From an uncultured Actinomycetota bacterium (lineage in GTDB: Bacteria; Actinomycetota; UBA4738): a stretch of DNA of 64,000 bases. The DNA is taken from contig CAWAGG010000006.1 of assembly GCA_963781595.1 (NCBI GenBank), positions 1,690,107 through 1,754,106 of the forward strand, read 5' to 3'. Shown one piece after another: positions 1 through 8,144 of this stretch. The notes under the pieces were generated by a model that saw only the letters and a list, made by a program, of their open reading frames with translations, was not told the origin of the DNA and ran no database searches. A program made the position numbers and the translations under genes. Each line of letters opens with the position of its first letter. The first letter of the stretch is position 1.

Positions 1-634
1 GGTCGAACGCTCGATGGACCTCGGCGATCTGAACGGGCACGTGTTCGTGAACAACGTCTCGCTCGGCCTCTACGCGGCGATCGTGCGCTCGCCCGAGTAC
101 CGGGACGCGAAGGTGGACACGACCCTCGCCACGCTGCCGCAGGTGCTGGGACCCGACACCGAACCGTTCGACCTGCGGTTTACCGGCCCCGATGGCGTCG
201 AGCACCGAGGCGCGCACGTGATCCAGATCTCGAACAACCCGTACGGCACGACGGCACGAGGGATGACGAGCCGCCCCCGCCTCGACACGGGCCGGCTCGG
301 CATCATCGCGCTGCTGCTCGGTAAGGAGGGGGGCGCGGCCGCCTTCCTCGCGGCGCTCGCGACCGGTCACCCCGAGCGATTCAAGGGACTCACGTCCTGG
401 GCGACGCCGACCTTCGAGGTCAGATCGGGCGCCGCGATCGAGATCGGGCTCGACGGCGAGACCGAGGTCATGGACCAGCCGCTGCGGTTCTCGATCCGTC
501 CGTCCCCGGTCCGGGTGCGGCTGCCGAAGCATGCGATCGGCTACTCGCCGGCCGCGCGCTCGCTCACCCTGCGCGAGGCATCGCGCCGACTGTGGGGCGT
601 CGCGATGGGTCGTCCCGCGGGGATCGGCGCCTGA
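1..634 (+). CDS. Diacylglycerol-kinase-family lipid kinase, C-terminal part (5' end lies outside the window)
   Basis: ORF 14..634 stays open back to base 2. The translation (..VFVNNVSLGLYAAIV..HVIQISNNPYG..IGLDGE..) resembles the C-terminal domain of YegS/BmrU/DagK-type lipid kinases. 206 aa is too short for a complete member. Confidence 0.6.
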   Translation, partial: VERSMDLGDLNGHVFVNNVSLGLYAAIVRSPEYRDAKVDTTLATLPQVLGPDTEPFDLRFTGPDGVEHRGAHVIQISNNPYGTTARGMTSRPRLDTGRLGIIALLLGKEGGAAAFLAALATGHPERFKGLTSWATPTFEVRSGAAIEIGLDGETEVMDQPLRFSIRPSPVRVRLPKHAIGYSPAARSLTLREASRRLWGVAMGRPAGIGA

Positions 635-643
635 GCGCCGTGA

Positions 644-2407
644 TCAATCCGCGCGATCGTCGCCCGTGACCGTGGGCGGTTCGCCGCCTCCATCCGGACC
701 AGCGACGCGATCGTCCGCCGCGATGACCTCGATCGCCCGTCCGACGGACGGATAGAAGTGATCGCGGTCCAGGGTTTCGAACAGGCCGTAACGCAGCAGC
801 AGGTCCTGTAGCCGCGCCCGGAGTTCGACGAACGCCAAGGAGATGCCCTCCGCATTGAGTTCCTTGTCGAGGCGCTCGAGCATGTCGGCCGCGGTGACGT
901 CGATGTCCGTGACCGCCTCGCATTGCAGCACGACCCACCGTGGCTTCCAGCGCCGGGCCAGATGGCGGACCTGTCGGCGGAAGATGCCGGAGTTCGCGAA
1001 GAACAGCGGCGCTTCCCAGCGGTACACGACGACGTCCGGTGCCTGCTCGGCGTCGGGGTAGCGCTCGATGTCGTGCCAGCCGTCCATGTCGGCGACGAAC
1101 CCGAGCACCACGCCGTGCGGCCGCCAGCTGCGACGGAAGAACAGCAGGATCGACATGACGATCGCGATGACGATCCCCTGGAGCACGCCGAGCAGGATCA
1201 CGCCGAACGACGCGACGAGCGAGAGCAGCAGCGCCGACCTGCGCACCCGCAGGTACGTGCGCAGGATCGGCAGGTTCATCAGCGACAGCGCTGCCGCGAT
1301 CACGACGGCGGCCAGCGCCGTCTGCGGCAGGTCCGCGAGCAACGACGGCAGGAAGAGCAGGAGCACGACCACGGCGCCTGCCCCGACCAACCCGGTCACC
1401 TGCGACTTCGAGCCGGCCTGTTCCGCGACTGCGGTCCGCGAGCCGCTCGCCGAGATCGCGAACCCCTGGAACAGACCGGCGGCGATGTTGGCCGACCCGA
1501 TCCCGATCATCTCCTGGTCGGGGTCGATCTCGTCCCCGCGACGGACGGCGAAGCTCGTCGACGTCGCGATCGTGTCGGTGAGGGAGACCAGCACGATGCC
1601 GACCGCGGCGACGAGCAGGGGCGCCAGGTCGCTCACCGAGGTCCACGGGAGCGCCGGGGTCGGGAGGCCCTGCGGCAGGGAGCCGACCGTCTTGACGCCC
1701 TTCAGGCTGAGATCCAGCAGCGACGTCGCCAGCGTCGCCCCGACCACCGCGACGAGGACGGCCGGGACCCTCTTCGACACGTACGGCATCGCGAGCAGGA
1801 CGGCGAGCGTCGCGAGACCGAGGACCAGAGCGGTCGCGTTCGTCTGATCGAGCCCGGAGATGAACGCCTTCACCTCCGGCACGAAGCCGTCGGCGTCGGT
1901 CGAAAAGCCGAACAGCTTCGGGAGCTGGCCGACGATGATCGTGATCGCGAGCCCGTTCATGTAGCCGACCTGGACCTCTTTCGAGAGCAGGTCGGCGACG
2001 AATCCCAACTTCGCCAGCCCGAGGCCGATCTCGATCGCGCCCACGAGCAGCGCCATCATGCCGGCGAGCGCGATGGCCGCGGCGGGATCGCCGCCGGCCA
2101 CGAGCGGCACGATCGCGGCGAAGATCAACGGCGAGACAGACGAATCCGGGCCTAGGACGAGGATCCGGGACGGCCCCATGAGCGCGTACCCGACGAGGCA
2201 GGCGATCGTCGTGTACAGACCCGTCACGGCCGGGAGCCCAGCGAGCTCGGCGTACGCCATGCCCTGGGGGACGAGGATCGCCGCCAGGACGATCCCGGCG
2301 ATCAGGTCCGAGCGGAGCCACGATGCGTGGTAGGTGCGAAGCATCCGGACGCCGGGGACCCAGCGCTCGATGCCCGTACGGTGCTCGCCAGTCTGCTCCG
2401 TGTCCAT
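644..2407 (-). CDS. SulP-family inorganic anion (sulfate) permease with C-terminal STAS domain
   Basis: 587-aa ORF. The polytopic hydrophobic body (..LIAGIVLAAILVPQGMAYAELAGLP..) is typical of SulP/SLC26. The C-terminal soluble STAS-like region is ..VVLQCEAVTDIDVTAADMLERLDKELNAEGISLAFVEL.. Confidence 0.9.
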   Translation of the reverse strand: MDTEQTGEHRTGIERWVPGVRMLRTYHASWLRSDLIAGIVLAAILVPQGMAYAELAGLPAVTGLYTTIACLVGYALMGPSRILVLGPDSSVSPLIFAAIVPLVAGGDPAAAIALAGMMALLVGAIEIGLGLAKLGFVADLLSKEVQVGYMNGLAITIIVGQLPKLFGFSTDADGFVPEVKAFISGLDQTNATALVLGLATLAVLLAMPYVSKRVPAVLVAVVGATLATSLLDLSLKGVKTVGSLPQGLPTPALPWTSVSDLAPLLVAAVGIVLVSLTDTIATSTSFAVRRGDEIDPDQEMIGIGSANIAAGLFQGFAISASGSRTAVAEQAGSKSQVTGLVGAGAVVVLLLFLPSLLADLPQTALAAVVIAAALSLMNLPILRTYLRVRRSALLLSLVASFGVILLGVLQGIVIAIVMSILLFFRRSWRPHGVVLGFVADMDGWHDIERYPDAEQAPDVVVYRWEAPLFFANSGIFRRQVRHLARRWKPRWVVLQCEAVTDIDVTAADMLERLDKELNAEGISLAFVELRARLQDLLLRYGLFETLDRDHFYPSVGRAIEVIAADDRVAGPDGGGEPPTVTGDDRAD

Positions 2408-2458
2408 ACGGCCTCGCTATCGCGGATGTGTGACCTTACCGTCGCGAGGCCCGCTAGC

Positions 2459-3121
2459 ATGCGACGGATGAGCGATCAGGCCGGGCCGGGTCCGTACGAA
2501 CCGCCCGAGGAACGCCTCGCCCAACGGCTCGAGGCGAAGCCCACGGCCCGGCGCTCGGCCACCGCGGCGGCGCTCCACGAGCTCGCGGAGCTCGACCGTG
2601 CGGTGTACCGAGCCATCGCGAACACGCCGACGCCGACGCTCGACGAGCCGCTCCGCCGGCTCTCGAACCTGGCCAACAACTCGCAGGTGTGGTTCGGGAT
2701 CGCCGGCGCGCTGTTCGCGTTCGGCGGGCGGACCGGCCGTCGAGCGGCCGCGACCGGGGCGGCGGCGATCGCGGTCAACTCGGCGCTCGTGAACCTCCCG
2801 ATGAAGTTCGCCACCCGCCGGGCGCGTCCGGACCGGGTGGGCGCCGGAGTGCCGGCAGAGCGATGGGTCCCGATGCCGGAGTCGACCTCGTTCCCGTCGG
2901 GCCATTCGGCCTCCGGGTTCGCGTTCGCCGCGGCAGTGGCCGGGTCGATGCCCGGCCTCGCCGTGCCCCTCCGCGGACTCGCCGCTGCCGTGGCGTACTC
3001 GCGCGTGCACACGGGGGTGCACTATCCCGGAGACGTGGTCGTCGGGTCGCTCGTCGGCGCCACGATCGGCGAAGCGACGGCGCTCGCGGTCCGTGCGCTC
3101 CTCCGGCGCCGCGCCGGGTAG
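2459..3121 (+). CDS. PAP2-superfamily phosphatase (membrane)
   Basis: PAP2 signature blocks RRARPDR, PSGHSA and SRVHTGVHYPGDV are present. I chose the ATG at 2459 because the track start 2327 overlaps the divergent SulP gene. ATG 2426 is also possible. Confidence 0.8.
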   Translation: MRRMSDQAGPGPYEPPEERLAQRLEAKPTARRSATAAALHELAELDRAVYRAIANTPTPTLDEPLRRLSNLANNSQVWFGIAGALFAFGGRTGRRAAATGAAAIAVNSALVNLPMKFATRRARPDRVGAGVPAERWVPMPESTSFPSGHSASGFAFAAAVAGSMPGLAVPLRGLAAAVAYSRVHTGVHYPGDVVVGSLVGATIGEATALAVRALLRRRAG

Positions 3122-3143
3122 GGATCCGTCGTCCCGTGGGGTG

Positions 3144-4775
3144 TCAGCTGCCCCCGCCTTCAACCGCGACCGCCTCAGGCTGCCGCATCGGGATCAGCTT
3201 CGTGAAGAAGAGCGCGATCGTACCGACGAGAGCGAGGAGCGCCAGCGCCGCGCGAAGCCCGTCCAGCCGCGCCTCCTCGTTCACGTCGACGATCGCTTGC
3301 GTGGTCTTCGCATCGACCCCAGCGTCCTGCAGCGCCGACTCCAGCTGAGCGTCGGAGACGAACGGCACCCCGCTCGCGAGCTGCAGGCTCGCCTGCGAGG
3401 TGACGGACGCCGGCACATCCGGGTTCTGTGCGAGCCCGCTCAGGAACGACGCGGTCAGCGCGGCGATCAGGATCGAGCCCGCGAGCGCGGTGCCGAGCGA
3501 AGCGCCGAACTGCGTCGCGGTGTTCTGGAGGCCACCGACCTCCGGGCTCTCGTCGTCGGGGACCGCCGACACCGTGACGCTCCCGAGCTGCGAGGCGAGC
3601 GCGCCCATGCCGAGTCCGATCAGCAGCAGGGGCACGGTCACGATGCTGGCGCTCGCCCCGACGTTCATCGCGCTGATGAGCACCACGATGCCCACCACCG
3701 ATGCCAACATCCCGACCTCCACGACGCGCCGGGGTGACGCGTGGGGGAAGAATCTCGGGATGCCCGCCGCGGCCACCAGCATCGCGACGGAAAGGGGAGT
3801 GATCTTGATCCCCGTGTCGATCGCTGAGAGCCCGAGCGCGACGGACAGGTACAGCGGGATCACGAAGAACAGCCCCATCATCACCACGAACTGGAGGAAG
3901 AACATCACCAGGCCGCCGGTCATCTGTCGGTTCTTGAACAGCGACGGCGTGACGAGCGGCTCGGCACCGGCCGCGGCCAGGCGTCGGATGTGCAGCTTGA
4001 ACAGCCAGATCGCGACGAGCCCCCCGAGCAGCATCCAGAACACCGGCGACATGCCGAGGATCGACGGCGCCCCCTCGGCCGGGAGGAACCAACCCCAGTC
4101 GGAGGACTGCAGCACACCGAGGATCATGAGTCCCATGCCCAGCGCCCAGAGCACGGCACCGAGCGCGTCGAGGTGCGAGCGGGTCTCGACCGGCGCATCC
4201 GCGACGCGGCGGGAGAACAGGAAGATCCCCACCCCGATGAGGACCTCGCCGGCGAACACCAGCCTCCAGGAGGCGTACGTCGTGGCGAGCCCCCCGACGA
4301 GCGGACCGACCGCGATCGCGATCGCTCCGGCGGCCCCCACGAGGCCGTACGCGCGCGGCCGGCCGGCGGGTGGGAAGTTCCCTGCGACCAACGCCACGAT
4401 CGCCGGCATGATCAGCGCGGCTCCGATCCCCTCGAGGAGCGACCATCCGAAGAGCAGCACGGCGAGGTTCGGCGCCAGTGCCGTCGTCAACGAACCCGTG
4501 CAGTAGATCGCGAGGCCGATCAAGAAGGCACGCTTGCGACCGATCATCGAGCCGACCTTGCCCCCGGTCACCATCAGCATCGCCATCACCAGCGTGTAGA
4601 GGACGATCGCGCTCTGGATCCCGGTGACGGTCGTGTGGAGGTCGTCGGCGACCGTCGCGATCGAGACGTTCATGACCGAACTGTCGAGCGCCATCAGGAA
4701 CTGCCCGGCGCACAGCGTCAACAGGACCGCGCCGGCGGCCTTCTGCGCCCGATGCGCACCCTCCGTGGTCGTCAA
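3144..4775 (-). CDS. MFS transporter, DHA2 (EmrB/QacA-like) drug:H+ antiporter family
   Basis: 543-aa hydrophobic ORF. The N-terminal LCAGQFLMALDSSVMNVSIATVADDL.. and GGKVGSMIGRKRAF motifs and the length fit 14-TMS DHA2 members. Confidence 0.85.
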   Translation of the reverse strand: MTTTEGAHRAQKAAGAVLLTLCAGQFLMALDSSVMNVSIATVADDLHTTVTGIQSAIVLYTLVMAMLMVTGGKVGSMIGRKRAFLIGLAIYCTGSLTTALAPNLAVLLFGWSLLEGIGAALIMPAIVALVAGNFPPAGRPRAYGLVGAAGAIAIAVGPLVGGLATTYASWRLVFAGEVLIGVGIFLFSRRVADAPVETRSHLDALGAVLWALGMGLMILGVLQSSDWGWFLPAEGAPSILGMSPVFWMLLGGLVAIWLFKLHIRRLAAAGAEPLVTPSLFKNRQMTGGLVMFFLQFVVMMGLFFVIPLYLSVALGLSAIDTGIKITPLSVAMLVAAAGIPRFFPHASPRRVVEVGMLASVVGIVVLISAMNVGASASIVTVPLLLIGLGMGALASQLGSVTVSAVPDDESPEVGGLQNTATQFGASLGTALAGSILIAALTASFLSGLAQNPDVPASVTSQASLQLASGVPFVSDAQLESALQDAGVDAKTTQAIVDVNEEARLDGLRAALALLALVGTIALFFTKLIPMRQPEAVAVEGGGS

Positions 4776-4803
4776 CGCCCCCGAACGCCCTCAGTGCTTC
4801 CGG

Positions 4804-5076
4804 TCAGTCCCGCCGGTCCTTGCGCCGCCGGTGCCGGCGGATCACGCCCAGCCCGAACCACACCAGCGCGCCGAAGACCGCCGTCACGAAGGTGAGGAGC
4901 CAGAGCGGCCACGTGAAGTCCCAGAACAGGAAGCTGACCGTGACGTCCTCGGTGTTCTGGATCATGAAGATCACGAGCACGGCGAGGCCGGTGAGCGAGG
5001 CGATCGCGCCGCCGCCCAGCCGCCGGGTGGACCGATCCGTCCCGCCGCCCGTGACGTCCCCAGGTCCCCGTCCCAT
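4804..5076 (-). CDS. LapA/DUF1049-domain small membrane protein
   Basis: ..LAVLVIFMIQNTEDVTVSFLFWDFTWPLWLLTFVTAVFGALVWFGLGVIRRHRRRK is the typical two-TM DUF1049 pattern. The start is set at the internal ATG (MGRGPG..). The track start 5136 would add an Arg/Gly-rich extension. Confidence 0.65.
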   Translation of the reverse strand: MGRGPGDVTGGGTDRSTRRLGGGAIASLTGLAVLVIFMIQNTEDVTVSFLFWDFTWPLWLLTFVTAVFGALVWFGLGVIRRHRRRKDRRD

Positions 5077-5212
5077 CACGCGCTCCTCTCGACCCGTCCG
5101 ACCGGCGCGAGCGACGCCGCCCACGATCCGCGGCATCGTCTCACATCCCCGGGCCCGTCTGGTACCCGCCGAGCGAGCGCGCGGACGGTCAGTCAGTCAG
5201 GGACTCGCGACC

Positions 5213-5671
5213 TCATACGATCCAGCGGCCGTCGCGCATCAGCTCGCGGCCCTCGAGTTCGTTCGCTTCGCGCCACGCCTGGACCCGCTGAGGCCGGATG
5301 CGGAAGTAGTCGTACGCGGTCGAGAGCGTGCGTGGGTCGAAGCCCGTCTTCGCCGCGAACGCGTCGCCACGATCCGCCGAGACCTCGGCGAGTGTCAGCG
5401 TCTCTACCGTTCCGTCGATGAGGACGACGTCACGGGTCGGACCGACGCCGAGGCGAACGGTGCCCGAGGCGCGCAGGTTACGGCCGGTCGGGCTGGACGA
5501 CGGCGTGGCGATCAGCAGCGCGCCGCCGTCCCAGAGGAACGACAACGGGACCATGTACGGGGTCCCGGACGCCGGGTCGGCCGTGGCCACCCAGGCGTCG
5601 ACGTCGTGCTCGAGCCGGTCCAGGGCGTCCTGCTTGCGTCGCTCCGGGGTCCTCGGGGGCGCGGTCATCAT
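5213..5671 (-). CDS. Pyridoxamine 5'-phosphate oxidase-family (PPOX-class, probably F420/FMN-binding) protein
   Basis: The translation ..GTPYMVPLSFLWDGGALLIATPSSSPTGRNLRASGTVRLGVG.. fits the split-barrel PPOX-like fold family. The start ATG at 5671 is preceded by GGAGGAGGAG with a 5-nt spacer. Confidence 0.7.
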   Translation of the reverse strand: MMTAPPRTPERRKQDALDRLEHDVDAWVATADPASGTPYMVPLSFLWDGGALLIATPSSSPTGRNLRASGTVRLGVGPTRDVVLIDGTVETLTLAEVSADRGDAFAAKTGFDPRTLSTAYDYFRIRPQRVQAWREANELEGRELMRDGRWIV

Positions 5672-5787
5672 CCAGTCTCCTCCTCCGCTGCGTGTCCTCG
5701 CCGTCACCCGTCCATCGTGGACGAAGGCGACCCGGGTTGGCGAACGTTCCGAGAACGCACCCGCGGCGGAGGTTTCCGTGCCACCAC

Positions 5788-5816
5788 TTGACGCCGCCCG
5801 CTTCGCACAGTATTTT
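5788..5816 (+). promoter_or_regulatory. Candidate sigma-70-type promoter for the ArsR-SRPBCC pair
   Basis: TTGACG (5788-5793), a 17-nt spacer, then TATTTT (5811-5816). It lies in an unusually AT-rich island about 40 nt upstream of the ArsR GTG. An imperfect inverted repeat ACTGAcC..GgTTCAGT follows, which could be an operator. Confidence 0.45.
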
Positions 5817-5855
5817 ACTGACCGGTTATTTAAACGAAAGGTTCAGTGACGGAGC

Positions 5856-6218
5856 GTGGCAACCGACACCGAGCGGCTCGACAGGACGTTCGCGGCACTC
5901 GCGGACCCCACGCGACGGGCGATCCTCGCGCGGTTGGCGTTCGGAGCGGCTTCCGTCACCGAGCTGGCGGAGCCGTTCCAGATGAGCCTGCCTGCGGTCT
6001 CGAAGCACCTGAAGGTGCTCGAGCGCGCCGGGCTCATCGCCCGGGAGCGGGAGCGGCAGTGGCGCCCCGCGCGCCTGGAGGCCGGGCCGCTCGAGGAGGT
6101 GGCCGAATGGACCGAGCGGTACCGCCGGTTCTGGGAGGAGCGGTACGACCGGCTGGACACGTACCTGGGGGAGCTCCAGGGACGAGGGAAGGAGGAGGAC
6201 GATGGGCGGAAGCGGTAG
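5856..6218 (+). CDS. ArsR/SmtB-family transcriptional regulator
   Basis: ..FAALADPTRRAILARLAFGAASVTELAEPFQMSLPAVSKHLKVLERAGLI.. is the canonical ArsR winged-helix region. GTG start. Confidence 0.9.
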   Translation: MATDTERLDRTFAALADPTRRAILARLAFGAASVTELAEPFQMSLPAVSKHLKVLERAGLIARERERQWRPARLEAGPLEEVAEWTERYRRFWEERYDRLDTYLGELQGRGKEEDDGRKR

Positions 6219-6702
6219 CCGGCAGCACACGTTGACGACGCCGTCGGACCGGGAGATCGTCATGACCCGCGTGTTCGACGCGCCCCGCGAGCTGGTGTTC
6301 GAGGCACACGCCTCCTGCGAGCACATGTCGCGCTGGTGGGGTCCCAGGAAATACGAGGTCGTGAGCTGCGAGATCGACTTCCGGCCCAGTGGCGCGTGGC
6401 GGATCGTGCACCGCGGCGCCGAGGGCGAGATCCCGGGCTTCCGCGGCGAGTACCTCGAGATCGTCCGGCCCGAGCGGTTCGTCTGGACGTTCGAGTGGGA
6501 AGGGATGCCCGGGCACGTCGGCCCCGAGACCTACACGTTCGAGGAACGCGACGGGTTGACCACGCTCACGACCACGTCGGTGTTCGGCTCGATCGAGGAA
6601 CGCGACGGTGTCCTCGGGTCCGGGATGGAGTCCGGCGCCCAGGAGTCGTGGGAGCGGCTCGACGAGTACCTCGAGGTACTCAAGGAGCGTGTTGCCGGCT
6701 GA
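6202..6702 (+). CDS. SRPBCC-superfamily protein (AHSA1/Aha1-like START fold)
   Basis: ..REIVMTRVFDAPRELVFEAHASCEHMSRWWGP.. and ..ERFVWTFEWEG.. are typical of the AHSA1-like SRPBCC proteins that commonly follow ArsR regulators. SD GGAAGGAGGAGG sits upstream of ATG 6202. The ORF overlaps the ArsR stop by 17 nt. Confidence 0.8.
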   Translation: MGGSGSRQHTLTTPSDREIVMTRVFDAPRELVFEAHASCEHMSRWWGPRKYEVVSCEIDFRPSGAWRIVHRGAEGEIPGFRGEYLEIVRPERFVWTFEWEGMPGHVGPETYTFEERDGLTTLTTTSVFGSIEERDGVLGSGMESGAQESWERLDEYLEVLKERVAG

Positions 6703-6716
6703 ACCGAACCTACGCG

Positions 6717-8144
6717 TTACCGCTCCTTCGCGAGCTTCGCCCCCCACGCGAAGGCCTCCTCGTTCAGCGGGATCAGCGCGCATCGGTCCTGGAGGGCCTC
6801 GCGGATGGCCGTGCGGAACGTGTCCGGCGGGAAGATGGCGGTCATCGCCTGGAGCGCGCCGAGGGCGACGACGTTCTTCACCAGCACGTTGCCGAGGTCC
6901 TTCGCGGTGGCGGCGAAGGGCACTCCGACCGTCACGACGTCCGGCGCGAGACCGTCGGGGAGCTCGGTGATGACGGAGCTGTCGAAGACGATCGTTCCGC
7001 CGGACCGCACCGTCGGGCCGAACTTCACGAGGCTCGGGGGGTTGAACGCCACCAGCACGTGCGGATGCGGCGATGCGGGGGACAGCACCTCGGTCGCGGC
7101 GACGTGGACGTCTGCGTACGAGGTACCGCCACGTGATTCGGGCCCGTAGCTCGGGATGTGGCTCGAGTCGAACCCCTCGTTGATCGCGCAGCGAGTGATC
7201 AGCATCGCCGCCGTCTGGGCTCCGTCGCCGCCGGCGCCGGCGAGCTTGAGGCTGACGTCGTCGGCGTCGATGTGCGTCGGGAAGCCGTCCGCGAAACGCC
7301 TCGGCCGCTCGTCCGTCGCGTGCACCGCTTCGAGCAGCGACGAGGGATCGAAGCCCGGCGTCGGGATGGCCGGGAAGGCGGCGCCGTCGGCGGTGTCCTT
7401 CTTCACGCCGAGCGGGAAGACCGGCTCCATCTCGTCGCGCACCCAGTCCTCCGCGGCCTCGGGTTCGAGGCCGAGGTGGAGCGGACATTCCGAGAGGACC
7501 TCGACGAACGCGAACCCCTTGCCCGTGACCTGCATCTCGACCGCGTTCCTGATCGCCCGCTTCGCGCGCGTCCGGCGCTTGTTGTCGTACAGGGCGACGC
7601 GTTCGACGTAGACGGGCCCGTCCAGGCCAGCGATCAGCTCCGCCATCTTCATCGGCTGGCCGGAGAACGGGGTCCGTCCCCCGGGCGTGGTGGTCGTCCG
7701 CTGACCCATGAGGGTCGTCGGGGCCATCTGGCCGCCGGTCATCCCGTAGATCGCGTTGTTGACGAAGATCACGGTGATCGGGATGCCGAGCTGCGCGGTG
7801 CTCACGATCTCGGCCAGCCCGATGGACGCGAGGTCGCCGTCCCCTTGATAGGAGATCACGATCGAGTCTGGGTTCGCCGTCTTGTGTCCGATCGCCACCG
7901 CGGGCCCCCGCCCGTGCGCGGCCTGCGAGTTCCCGACGTCGAAGTAGTAATACATGAACACGGCGCAGCCGACGGGCGAGATCAGGACGGTCCGGTCCTG
8001 GACGCCGAGCTCGTCGATGGCCTCGGCGAGGTACTTCTGCGCGAGGCCGTGCCCGCAGCCGGGACAGTAGGTCGTCGTGTGCGCCTTGATCCCTTCGGCG
8101 TGGTCGTGGCGTTCGAACTGCCGGTAGAAGACCGAGGTCGGCAT
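6717..8144 (-). CDS. 2-oxoacid:ferredoxin oxidoreductase, fused beta (TPP-binding) and gamma subunits
   Basis: The start MPTSVFYRQ.. at 8144 shares one base with the upstream stop (TGATG). Beta motifs are YCPGCGHG and GDGDL..NNAIYGMTGGQ. After a linker comes a gamma-type domain (LKLAGAGGDGAQTAAMLI..HIPSYGPESRGG..). The track ORF to 8636 is an upstream read-through with Arg/Pro-rich non-protein-like sequence. Confidence 0.85.
   Translation of the reverse strand: MPTSVFYRQFERHDHAEGIKAHTTTYCPGCGHGLAQKYLAEAIDELGVQDRTVLISPVGCAVFMYYYFDVGNSQAAHGRGPAVAIGHKTANPDSIVISYQGDGDLASIGLAEIVSTAQLGIPITVIFVNNAIYGMTGGQMAPTTLMGQRTTTTPGGRTPFSGQPMKMAELIAGLDGPVYVERVALYDNKRRTRAKRAIRNAVEMQVTGKGFAFVEVLSECPLHLGLEPEAAEDWVRDEMEPVFPLGVKKDTADGAAFPAIPTPGFDPSSLLEAVHATDERPRRFADGFPTHIDADDVSLKLAGAGGDGAQTAAMLITRCAINEGFDSSHIPSYGPESRGGTSYADVHVAATEVLSPASPHPHVLVAFNPPSLVKFGPTVRSGGTIVFDSSVITELPDGLAPDVVTVGVPFAATAKDLGNVLVKNVVALGALQAMTAIFPPDTFRTAIREALQDRCALIPLNEEAFAWGAKLAKER

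Noticed and set aside
564-2321. Long ORFs overlapping confidently called genes, in other frames or on the other strand (for example 564..2321-, 923..2155+, 6034..8244-, 15981..17150-, 33312..35351-, 42341..43930-, 49633..51147-, 56673..58787-, 60117..62417-)
   Set aside because: Stop codons are rare in every frame of very GC-rich DNA. These translations are dominated by Arg/Pro/Gly/Ala/Asp/His runs, lack motifs, and overlap genes that have clear family signatures.
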